A DNA stretch of 64,000 bases, taken from positions 1,600,001-1,664,000 of the forward strand of contig CAVTTN010000002.1 in assembly GCA_963737655.1 (NCBI GenBank). The letters run 5' to 3'. The translations under genes and the position numbers were made by a program. The stretch's first letter is position 1. Every line of letters starts with the position of its first letter. This document shows positions 50,349 through 59,338 of the stretch, in pieces. The stretch comes from an uncultured Planctomycetota bacterium (GTDB lineage: Bacteria > Planctomycetota > Planctomycetia > Isosphaerales > Isosphaeraceae). The notes beneath the pieces are model-generated. The model made no database searches, was not told where the DNA came from, and saw only the letters and a list, made by a program, of their open reading frames with translations.

Positions 50349-50377
50349 GGCGAGGGCTCCGATCGCGGGTGGATCGT

Positions 50378-51424
50378 TCAGGCCGAGGCCGAGGCCGGGG
50401 CCGGGGAGAGCCTCCGGGCCACCTCGTCGGCGACGGCCGCCGTGAAGCTGTCGGTCGATTCCTGGCCGCCGAGGTCCTTCGTGCGAATCCCCCGGCGGAG
50501 CAGGTCGAGCGTGGCGTTCTTGACGGCCGTGGCCACGTCGATCTCGCCGATCTGGTAGAGCAGGAGCGTCAGGGCGAGGAAGATGGCGGTGGGATTGGCC
50601 AGGTTCTTGCCCGCGATGTCGGGCGCGGTGCCGTGGGCGGCGTCGAACATCGCCACGCGGACCACGGCCGACGCGTCGAACCCCAGGTTCGCGCTGGCGC
50701 CGATCCCGAGCGAACCGGCCAGGCCGCAGGCCATGTCCGAGAGGAAGTCGCCGTACTCGTTCAGGACCAGGACGACCTGGAACTTCTCCGGGGCCATGAT
50801 CACCTTGCCGAGCAGGGCGTCGAACAGCTCGACGTTGTGGCCGACCTCGGGGTACGACTCGGCCACCTCGTTGGCGACCCGTTCGAACAGGCCGTCGGTG
50901 GCCTTCTGGATCGTGTATTTCGAGGCGGTGGTCACGAGCTTGCCGGTCTTCCTCGCGAGGTTGAAGGCGTAGCGGGCGGCCTCCCGGACGGGCCTCCGCT
51001 CGACGATCCGCAAGCTCACGGCGCCGTCGTCGCCGATCATCCGTCCGGGGTCGTCATAGGTGCCTCCGGTGGCGATCCGGACGATGTCCAGGTCGAGCTC
51101 GCGGCGGAAGTTCGTGGGGACGCCGGGGATCGTCGTCACGGGCCGATGGATCACCGAGAGGTCCAGCCTCTTGCGCAAGACCTGGTTGGGGCTCTCCTCG
51201 GCGGTGGCGGTCGGGTACTTCAGCGCCACCTTGTTGCGGACGACCGACTCGACGGCCTGGTCGTAGATCGTCTTCTGGTGGGCCCGGCGGTTTTCCAGGG
51301 TGAGGTCCACCGGCTCGAAGTCCAGGCGGATCGGGAGGGCGTCGGCCAGCGAGTGGACCGCCCGGGAGAGCTCGGCACCGATGCCGTCGCCCAGCAATTC
51401 CGTGACCTTGTACGAGGGACGCAT
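50378..51424 (-). CDS. Isocitrate/isopropylmalate family dehydrogenase
   Basis: GDGIGAEL, NEYGDFLSDMACGLAGSLG, DAAHGTAPDIAGKNLANP. Confidence 0.9.
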   Translation of the reverse strand: MRPSYKVTELLGDGIGAELSRAVHSLADALPIRLDFEPVDLTLENRRAHQKTIYDQAVESVVRNKVALKYPTATAEESPNQVLRKRLDLSVIHRPVTTIPGVPTNFRRELDLDIVRIATGGTYDDPGRMIGDDGAVSLRIVERRPVREAARYAFNLARKTGKLVTTASKYTIQKATDGLFERVANEVAESYPEVGHNVELFDALLGKVIMAPEKFQVVLVLNEYGDFLSDMACGLAGSLGIGASANLGFDASAVVRVAMFDAAHGTAPDIAGKNLANPTAIFLALTLLLYQIGEIDVATAVKNATLDLLRRGIRTKDLGGQESTDSFTAAVADEVARRLSPAPASASA

Positions 51425-51473
51425 CGTCGGGCGGGACCTCCGTTTACGCGGGCTCTCTCCGGGCCGAGAGGCG

Positions 51474-51503
51474 ATTGTACGGGGATGGATGCAGGGGCGT
51501 CAA
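51474..51503 (-). promoter_or_regulatory. Putative sigma70 promoter of the dehydrogenase-Uma2 operon
   Basis: TTGACG-18bp-TACAAT. Confidence 0.55.
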
Positions 51504-51508
51504 ATTCG

Positions 51509-51595
51509 GGGCAGTGGGCAGTGGGCAGTGGGCAGTGGGCAGTGGGCAGTGGGTGGTTGGTGGTTGGTGGTTGGTGGTTGGTGGTTGGTGGTTGG
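51509..51595. repeat. Compound heptamer array (GGGCAGT)6-(GGTGGTT)6
   Basis: Counted directly: 51509-51550 and 51552-51593. Confidence 0.92.
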
Positions 51596-51738
51596 AGAGT
51601 TGACGTCGTGGCTCGATCCGTGAAGATCCCGGGAGGACGGGCCTGGCGGGCGGATCGTCCGTGGTCGGTTGGCCCGATCGCCGGTACTCTGGGACCGACC
51701 GACCGGATCGATCGCCGTAGACCCTGGGATGTCCTTCC

Positions 51739-54309
51739 ATGCCTAGCCTCGACCGCGTTGCCTCCGGCCTCCTTGGGATCGCTTTCCTCGCGATGGGGCC
51801 CGCCCTGATGGCGGCCGATGAGCCGAATCCTTCGCCTCGCGAGGAGGTCGTCTGGCCCGGGATGACCCGCGCCGGGTCCGTGCTTTTGCCCAACGGCTGG
51901 TCGCTCAAGCCGGCCGGGCGGCAGAGCCCCCTGGGAGATTTCCCCGTCCTCTTGGCCGAGAACCCGAAGGAGCCGGTCCTGGCCGTCCTCCACGCCGGAT
52001 ATGGCGAGCATGAAGTGGTCACCCTCGATGCGAAGACCGCGAAGATCCTCGGCCGGGTGGCCCTTCCTTACAGCTTCTCCGGGCTCGCCTGGTCGGCCGA
52101 CGGCCGACGGCTGTTCGTCGGCGGGGGGTTCGATGACTTGATCTACGGGTTCGACCACAAGGACGGCCTTCTTTCGAACAAGGTCACCTTCGAATACCCC
52201 GACCGCAAGCAGTTCCTCGCCGACCCCCCGCCGGGCTTCGGCCGAGGCGCGAAGAAGACCCAGAGATGCCCGAGCGGCCTGGCCGTCTCCGACGACGGCA
52301 AGACCCTGTGGGTCGCCAACGCCTTCGGCCACTCGCTCGCCCGGTTCGACGTCGAGGCCCGCAAGCTCGTCCGCGAGATCAAGCTCGAAGACGACTCGTT
52401 CCCCTTCGCCCTCGCACTCGACCCGTCGCGGAATCGGCTCTATGTGAGCCTCTGGGGCGCGGCGAAGGTCGCGATCGTGAGCACCGACGGGGACGAGCCG
52501 AAGGTCACCGGGCATGTCGCCACCGAGGAGCACCCGAACGAGATGCTCCTGGCCCGCAAGGGGTCCGTCCTGTTCGTCGCCAACGCCAATCGGAACACCG
52601 TCAGCGTGATCGACGTCGAGAAGGGCCGGGCCGTCGAGACCATCAACACCGCCATCGACCCGAAGGCCCCGGCCGGCAGCACGCCGAGCTCCCTGGCGCT
52701 CTCGCCCGACGAATCCCTCCTGTTCGTGGCCAACGCCAACACCAACGACGTGGCCGCGTTCAACGTGAAGGAGCTCGGCGAGAGCACCCCGCTCGGGTTC
52801 CTCCCCGTGGGCTGGTATCCGACGTCGGTCCGCGTCGGCCGGGACGGCAAGACGCTGTGGGTCACCAACGCCAAGGGATCGACCTCCAAGGCCAACCGCG
52901 ACGGCCCCCGGCCCGGCACGCCCGGAGGCTCCGACAGCCGGCTCCGCCAGTACATCGCCGGGCTGTTCCAGGGGACGCTCTCGACGATCCCCATGCCGAC
53001 CCCCCGGCAGATGGCCGAGTTCTCCAGGACCGTGTATGAATGCAGCCCCCTGAAGAAGGGCGACCCCCAGGGCGTGACCGGGCCCGCCCCCGCCGAGGCC
53101 GACAACCCCATCCCCCGCAAGGCCGGCGACCCCTCGCCCATCACCCATTGCGTCTACATCATCAAGGAGAACCGGACCTACGACCAGGTCTTCGGCGACA
53201 TCTCCGAAGGCAACGGCGAGCCCTCGCTCTGCCTGTTCCCCGAGAAAATCACGCCGAATCATCACGCCCTGGCCAGGGAGTTCGTCCTCCTCGACAACTT
53301 CTACGTCGACGCGGAGGTCTCGGCCGACGGCCACGAGTGGTCGATGGGCGCCTATGCCACGGACTTCGTCGAGAGGACCTGGCCCCTGGGCTATCGCGGG
53401 GACCGCCGCGTCCCGTACACGGCCGAGGGCGTGTTCGCGATCGCCAGGCCCGCCGGAGGCTACCTCTGGGACCGCGCCGCCGCGAAGAACGTGACCTATC
53501 GCAGCTACGGCGAGTTCGTCGACAACGGCGCCACCCCGAACGACCCGTCCACCACGAAGGTCGAGGCCCTGAAAGGCCACTTCGACCCGAAATTCCGCGG
53601 CTATGACCTGAACGTGCCCGACCAGAAGAGGGCCGACCGCTTCCTCGAAGAGCTCGCCGAGTTCGAGAAGGCCGGCGAGATGCCCCGGCTGATCATCCTG
53701 AGGCTCCCCAACGACCACACCGCCGGCACCCGCCCCGGGGCGCCGACGGTCCCGGCGATGGTCGCCGACAACGACCTGGCGCTAGGCCGGGTCGTCGAGG
53801 GCCTGTCGAAGAGCAAGTTCTGGCCGAAGCTGGCGATCTTCGTCGTCGAGGACGACGCCCAGAACGGCTCGGACCACGTGGACGCCCACCGCACGGTCGC
53901 CCTGGCGATCAGCCCCTATATCAAGCGAAAATCGGTCGATTCGACGATGTACTCCACCTCGGCGATGCTCCGAACGATCGAGCTGATCCTCGGCCTCGAC
54001 CCGATGAGCCAGTTCGACGCCGCCGCCCGGCCGATGGCCCCGGCCTTCACCGCCAAACCCGACCCGACCGCCTTCCAGGTCCGCCCTCCGGGGATCGACA
54101 TCCGCGAGAAGAACCAATCCAACGCCTACGGCGCCGAGGCGTCGCTCAAGCTCGACCTGGACGAGGCCGAGGACCGCGCCGACGACCTCGTGTTCAACGA
54201 GATCATCTGGAAGGCGGTCAAGGGCAAGAACTCGCCGCTGCCCCCGCCGGTCCGCGCGGCGTTCGTGATGCCCCGGGCGAAGCCGGAGAAGGACAAGGAC
54301 GGGGATTGA
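51739..54309 (+). CDS. Secreted YncE-like beta-propeller / phosphoesterase (alkaline phosphatase-like) fusion
   Basis: LLPNGWSLKPAG, YVTN-like repeats, IIKENRTYDQVFGD, DNFYVDAEVSADGHEW, EDDAQNGSDHVDAHR. Confidence 0.9.
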   Translation: MPSLDRVASGLLGIAFLAMGPALMAADEPNPSPREEVVWPGMTRAGSVLLPNGWSLKPAGRQSPLGDFPVLLAENPKEPVLAVLHAGYGEHEVVTLDAKTAKILGRVALPYSFSGLAWSADGRRLFVGGGFDDLIYGFDHKDGLLSNKVTFEYPDRKQFLADPPPGFGRGAKKTQRCPSGLAVSDDGKTLWVANAFGHSLARFDVEARKLVREIKLEDDSFPFALALDPSRNRLYVSLWGAAKVAIVSTDGDEPKVTGHVATEEHPNEMLLARKGSVLFVANANRNTVSVIDVEKGRAVETINTAIDPKAPAGSTPSSLALSPDESLLFVANANTNDVAAFNVKELGESTPLGFLPVGWYPTSVRVGRDGKTLWVTNAKGSTSKANRDGPRPGTPGGSDSRLRQYIAGLFQGTLSTIPMPTPRQMAEFSRTVYECSPLKKGDPQGVTGPAPAEADNPIPRKAGDPSPITHCVYIIKENRTYDQVFGDISEGNGEPSLCLFPEKITPNHHALAREFVLLDNFYVDAEVSADGHEWSMGAYATDFVERTWPLGYRGDRRVPYTAEGVFAIARPAGGYLWDRAAAKNVTYRSYGEFVDNGATPNDPSTTKVEALKGHFDPKFRGYDLNVPDQKRADRFLEELAEFEKAGEMPRLIILRLPNDHTAGTRPGAPTVPAMVADNDLALGRVVEGLSKSKFWPKLAIFVVEDDAQNGSDHVDAHRTVALAISPYIKRKSVDSTMYSTSAMLRTIELILGLDPMSQFDAAARPMAPAFTAKPDPTAFQVRPPGIDIREKNQSNAYGAEASLKLDLDEAEDRADDLVFNEIIWKAVKGKNSPLPPPVRAAFVMPRAKPEKDKDGD

Positions 54310-54406
54310 GGGCCGTGGGCGACGAAGTCGGGGCCCTGGGAATCGGGGCCCCGACCGGGGTAGGATGGATCGGGGGGATCGTCGGGAATCCGGCAAAGGG
54401 TCAGGC

Positions 54407-54862
54407 ATGTCCACCGGCGGAGCGGCCATCCCCGAACATGCGGTGAGGACTCGGAATCGGGAGCTCCGCTATCTGTTCCATACGAAGCATCACGTCCCCG
54501 GGCGTCCCCGGGGCGAGGTGGCCCAGTGGCGGATCGAGGTGACCCGGGAGCAGGAATTCGGCGTCTTCGACCTCGCGGATGACAGGGATACGTTCGATCC
54601 CGAAGAGAATTTGTACGGTGTCGCCCTGGACGATGAGGGGGAGGTCCTCGAACTCGGAACCGATGGCCAGCAGGTCGCCTTCTTCCCGAACACCCGGCCC
54701 GAGCAACCCTGGCACGGCTATCCCCTGGCCCCCCTGAAGAGGGTCGAGCCGCCTCATCCTCCGAAGCGGGAAGTGCCCAGGGAAGTGCTCCGGCGGATGG
54801 TCGAAGTGGGGATGCTGGACGAGGCGCAGAGGAAGCGGCTGATGAAGGGGAAACAAGCGTGA
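54407..54862 (+). CDS. Hypothetical protein, candidate nuclease/toxin (KHH...WHGYP)
   Basis: 151 aa; Y..H.KHH, AQW, EQEF, WHGYP; GTGA overlap with the next gene. Confidence 0.65.
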   Translation: MSTGGAAIPEHAVRTRNRELRYLFHTKHHVPGRPRGEVAQWRIEVTREQEFGVFDLADDRDTFDPEENLYGVALDDEGEVLELGTDGQQVAFFPNTRPEQPWHGYPLAPLKRVEPPHPPKREVPREVLRRMVEVGMLDEAQRKRLMKGKQA

Positions 54863-55974
54863 ACGATTTTTTAGAAACCTTAGATCAGCAAATCCTGGGA
54901 GACTCTATTTCCTGGATCGGCCCCTGTCCCTGGACCGGCGGCCATTGCCTGGGCACGGAGGGCGGCAGGATCGCCATGCCGTCGGGCGAATCGGGCCCAC
55001 TCGAAGAGATCACTCGCTGGGAGGTTGCCGATGAGGCGATCAACGCCGTGGCATTTGCCGGGGATTGGCTGGCGGCGAGCACGCGGACCGAGATCGCAAT
55101 CGCCCCCAGGGGCTGTTTCTTCGGAGAGGGAACGGCAAAGGTCCGCCGATTCCCGGGCGGCGCTCATGGCGTCGTCTCGACATCCTCCGGGCGATTCCTG
55201 GCTCCTCTCGGTCCCGATGGCCTCCTGGAGATCGAGCTTGGTGGTCCCGAACCGAAATTCCACGACGGGAAGTTCGATGGCCTCCCCAGGAATCTCTACA
55301 AAATCGTTCGCCTGGGGACGGGCGAGGCCGGCGAGGTCTTCGGCTGCGTGGCCCGGAGGGACGGGCTCCTCGTGATGACCCACTCTCCGAGCGGCATCGC
55401 GGGACCGGTGCTCGCCTTGCCCTCGAACGACCTCGACCTGATCGACATTTGTCCTCTGGGCCCGATGGGGGACGCCCTGGCCTGGGCGGCGCTCGCCTCG
55501 GATCGCACGCTCCTCCTGGGAACCGATCTCCCGGGAATGATTCGCCAATCGGTACGGTTCGATGGGATGGTCGGGCGAGCCTACACCCTGCTCGCCGCCG
55601 AGGACCACCTCTTCTTGTTGACGAGTCGGGCCCTATATGTTCTACCCCACGTCATTTCACCATTCCTCGCCGGAGAGTCTCTGGGCCGTGTGACCCGATT
55701 CTTCGAAGTCCCGATTCGATCCAGTGACGCCTATTTGTTGGAGGATCGGATTGCAGTCGATTTTGAGGGCCGCATCATTTCTTGGTCGATTAGGGATCTT
55801 ATCCGATTCGGAATGCGGGAATCATCCAGCACGAATCTTCCGCTCCGTTGGCCCGACGGAGAGGTCGAATCCTGGGCCGTTCACCCGATGACCGTCGAGC
55901 CCGCTTCGAACGGCCTGTTGTCGGGAGGGGTTGAGTCTCAATTTTGTCGGGAGCGGTTGAGTCTCATTATCTGA
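54859..55974 (+). CDS. Hypothetical protein, possible beta-propeller
   Basis: 371 aa, beta-strand-rich repeats (EAINAVAF, GAHGVV, AYTLL); many A/T-ending codons. Confidence 0.6.
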   Translation: MNDFLETLDQQILGDSISWIGPCPWTGGHCLGTEGGRIAMPSGESGPLEEITRWEVADEAINAVAFAGDWLAASTRTEIAIAPRGCFFGEGTAKVRRFPGGAHGVVSTSSGRFLAPLGPDGLLEIELGGPEPKFHDGKFDGLPRNLYKIVRLGTGEAGEVFGCVARRDGLLVMTHSPSGIAGPVLALPSNDLDLIDICPLGPMGDALAWAALASDRTLLLGTDLPGMIRQSVRFDGMVGRAYTLLAAEDHLFLLTSRALYVLPHVISPFLAGESLGRVTRFFEVPIRSSDAYLLEDRIAVDFEGRIISWSIRDLIRFGMRESSSTNLPLRWPDGEVESWAVHPMTVEPASNGLLSGGVESQFCRERLSLII

Positions 55975-56026
55975 TCCCGACTTCCTCCGCATGAATCAAA
56001 CCTCTCCCTTGGATTTACGCCGATCC

Positions 56027-56437
56027 ATGCCGAATCCCGGCCCCTCCGCCGTCCTCCTGATCGCCCACGGCAGCCGCCATGCCCCGGCGAATGCGGATTT
56101 GCATGAACTGGTGGGACGGATCGCCGCCCGGGGGGATTATCCGATCGTCGAGCCGGCGTTTTTGGAGCTGGCCTCGCCGGATATTCCCTCGGGGGGCGAT
56201 CGGTGCGTCGAGCGGGGGGCGGTTCGTGTGCTGATGGTCCCGTACTTCCTCTCCGAGGGGGTCCATCTGACCCGCGACCTGATCGCGGCCCGCGATGCGC
56301 TCCGCCGGAGGCATCCGGGGGTCGATTTCGTCCTCGGTCCCCCTCTGGGGCCGGACCCGTTGCTGGATCGGCTGGTCGTCGAGCGGATCGCCCGGACCGA
56401 GGCACTCGGCGTTGACAGGATCGGCCCGGGGGGCTAG
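56027..56437 (+). CDS. CbiX/SirB-type sirohydrochlorin chelatase (single domain)
   Basis: IAHGSR, AFLELASP, VPYFLSEGVHLTRD, PPLGPDP. Confidence 0.88.
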   Translation: MPNPGPSAVLLIAHGSRHAPANADLHELVGRIAARGDYPIVEPAFLELASPDIPSGGDRCVERGAVRVLMVPYFLSEGVHLTRDLIAARDALRRRHPGVDFVLGPPLGPDPLLDRLVVERIARTEALGVDRIGPGG

Positions 56438-56516
56438 CGTGCGGCGTCCGGTCGATCGCGCCTCCCCAGGACGGGGATTCCGCCCTCCGATCGCGGCCTC
56501 AATGGAGTGATGGCCC

Positions 56517-57702
56517 GTGAGCAGCTCATTCGATGGCGAACGCGAACCGATCGCCGTTCCGGCATTGGACCTCAAGGCGCAGTACCGGACGATCCGCGAG
56601 GAGATCGAGCCGGTGGTCCGGGCCGTCCTGGAGAGCCAGTACTTCGTCCTCGGCCCGAGGTCTCCGGCTTCGAGGCCGAGGCCGCGGCGTTCTGCGAGGC
56701 CGGGCACGCGATCGGCTGCGCCTCGGGGTCCGATGCCCTGCTTCTCCCCTTGATGGCCTGGGGCTCGGCCCGGATGACGAGGTCATCACCTCGCCGTACT
56801 CCTTCTTCGCCACCGCCGGGGCGATCTGGAGGACCGGGGCCCGCCCCGTGTTCGTCGATATCGACCCGGTCACCTACAACATCGACCCGGCGAAGGTCGA
56901 GGCCGCGATCACCCCTCGGACCCGCGCGATCATCCCGGTCCACCTCTACGGCCAGTCCGCCGAGATGGGGCCGATCGTCGAGATCGCCGCCCGTCACGGC
57001 CTGAAGGTCCTGGAGGACGCCGCGCAGGCGATCGGCGCCCGGGACGGCGGCCGGGCCGTGGGGACGATCGGCGAGGCCGGCGCCTTCAGCTTCTACCCGT
57101 CGAAGAACCTCGGCGGGTTCGGCGACGCCGGGATGGTCACGACGGATGACCCCGACCTGGCCAGGAGGGTCGCCCGGCTCCGCGTCCACGGGATGGAGCC
57201 GAAGTACCACCATCACGAGGTCGGCTTCAACTCCCGGCTGGACGCCCTCCAGGCGGCCATCCTGCGGGTCAAGCTCCGCCACCTGCCGGGCTGGACCGAG
57301 GGCCGGCGGCTCGTGGCCTCGCGATACGCCGAGCTCTTCGCCGAGAGCGGCCTGGGCGACTCCGTGACGCTCCCCTCCGAGGCCGAGGGGAAGTATCACG
57401 TGTTCAACCAGTACGTGATCCGCGTGAAGCCCGAGGCCCGGGACGCGATCCGGGCCCACCTGGCCTCGCGGAAGGTCGGGACCGAGATCTACTACCCGAT
57501 CCCCCTCCACTTGCAGGAGTGCTTCGCGAGCCTCGGCCACCGGCCGGGCGACTTCCCCGAGGCCGAGGCCGCCGCGAACGGGACGATCGCCCTGCCGATG
57601 TATCCCGAGCTCGCCGACCCGGCCCTCTCGCACGTCGTCGCGTCGATCGGCGAGGCGGTCGAGGACCTCAGGCGGAAGGGCCGGGCGGGCCGGGCCGCCT
57701 GA
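56517..57702 (+). CDS. DegT/DnrJ/EryC1/StrS PLP aminotransferase; apparent frameshifts ~56657 and ~56758
   Basis: [48 protein letters not shown]. Confidence 0.88.
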
Positions 57703-57720
57703 CCCCGGCGGTTTGGCCGC

Positions 57721-57936
57721 TCACGCCTCGACGACGGCCTCGGCCGCCACCACGTGGCGGCCCTTGAGCAGGCGCTCGGGCCTCTGGATCGAGAAGTTCC
57801 TCGGGGGGTCGTCGAACGCCAGGTTCACCCGGCCCGGCGACTCCCCGCAGATGTCGTACACGCGGAGCCTCAGGACGTCGCCCGAGCGATGGAGCACCTC
57901 GATCCACTGACCCTCTTTCCGACGAAGAACCAGCAT
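57721..57936 (-). CDS. Carbon storage regulator CsrA family protein (divergent)
   Basis: MLVLRRKEGQWIEV ... VNLAFDDP..FSIQRPE pattern. Confidence 0.75.
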   Translation of the reverse strand: MLVLRRKEGQWIEVLHRSGDVLRLRVYDICGESPGRVNLAFDDPPRNFSIQRPERLLKGRHVVAAEAVVEA

Positions 57937-58008
57937 GCGCGAGATTCCTTGATTTGAGATCGGCGAAAGATTCTGGGGGAAAAATGCCGTTGTCGTCCGC
58001 CCCGGGGC

Positions 58009-58622
58009 CTACAGGGCCGCGCCGTCGCCGCCTCGGATGGCGGCGTCCCACGAGCCGTTGAGGATGGACATGGCCTCGCGGTGCATGAAGCTGAGCCGGG
58101 ACTGGGACAGGCCCAGGGCCCTCGCGGCCTCGTGCTGGGTCTTGCCCCGAAGGTAGATCTCCCGGCAGGCGGCGGCGTGGCGAGGCGGAAGCTTGCGGAG
58201 CCAGCCCTCGACCTCGTCGATCGCCTCCAGGTCGCGGCCGACCGGCGGGTCGCCGGCCACGCAGATGACCATCCCCTGCTTCTCGATGTCGCGGGTCAGG
58301 ACGCTGAGGACCGGCGCCCCTGGGCGTCGCACCGCCAGCCCAGGGGCAACAGCCCTCGCTGGACGTCCCGCAGCGCCCCCCAGATCCGGTGGCGGGCGAA
58401 GGTCGCGAACTTGACGTTCCGACCCGGGTCGAACGACCCGGCGGCCTCGATCAGCGCGAGGTTGGCGGCGCTCTCGAACTCGTCCCGCGACCCGGGCCAG
58501 CTCATCTTGAACGGCCGGGCGAGCGATCGGGCCAGGGGCAGATAGCGGACCGCCAGGTCTTGCTGCTCGGCCGTGAGCGGGGCGCGGCGCCTCCGGGCCG
58601 AGGCCGACGTCTCGGTGTTCAT
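58009..58622 (-). CDS. Short sigma-70 family factor (FliA-like region 2 plus region 4); apparent frameshift ~58318
   Basis: YLPLARSLA, LIEAAGSFDPGRNVKFATFARHRIWGALRD; LPPRH...IYLRGKTQHEAARALGLSQSRLS. Confidence 0.82.
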
Positions 58623-58677
58623 CGCAGTCTCCCGAATTGAAGGGGCGAGATGGGCGGTCGGTGGGGTTCGGGAGACG

Positions 58678-59052
58678 TCACGAATGGAGGGTGGCGAGGA
58701 GGGCGAGGGCCTCGATCCGGTTGGCCCGGAGCAGCGCCAGGACCCGCGATTGCCGGGCCCGGACCCGATCGTGATAGGCGCGGGCCAGGTGGGCCGGGCT
58801 GGCCGGGTCGGCCAGGAATTCCCGGGCCAGGGCGAGCCGGGCCCTCAGGCCGCGGAGCTCCCCCAGGTACCGGTCGTTCGAGCGGATCAGGCGGGCCAGG
58901 CGGGCGAGGTCGGTCTCGGGCTCACCGTCGGGGCCCGGCGTCGGGTCGGCCGGGGCCGGGGCCGGGGCGCCGATCGGGGCCTTCGGAGGGGCGGGGGGGA
59001 GAGGGGTCCAGGGCTGGTTCAACGCGGAGTCATATCCAATGGTCGACATCAT
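58678..59052 (-). CDS. Hypothetical protein (Pro-rich N-terminus, coiled-coil-like C-terminus)
   Basis: GAAGGGAG RBS; MMSTIGYDSALNQPW...; first gene of the cassette with the sigma factor and CsrA. Confidence 0.6.
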   Translation of the reverse strand: MMSTIGYDSALNQPWTPLPPAPPKAPIGAPAPAPADPTPGPDGEPETDLARLARLIRSNDRYLGELRGLRARLALAREFLADPASPAHLARAYHDRVRARQSRVLALLRANRIEALALLATLHS

Positions 59053-59338
59053 GCAGGTAACTCCCTTCTTCGGGGCCTCGGCTGCAACATCGCAGCCGCC
59101 GGGACGCGGCATTGCGCCCCTCGGGAGGGAAGCCCGGGCCACCTGCCCGCTTGCTCGCCCCCCTGTATGCAGTATACATCCTGAATGCGGGATGTCAAAA
59201 CGGGATTCTGAAAATTAAAGCGGTTTTGCTCCGGGACAGTTCGGCCTGATCTGACATGCTACCAGTTTGCGTTCCCGGGATTGGCGGGACGGGATACAAT
59301 CCCTGGGTGTCGTCGCGACGGCGGGAAAGGCGGGCGGA

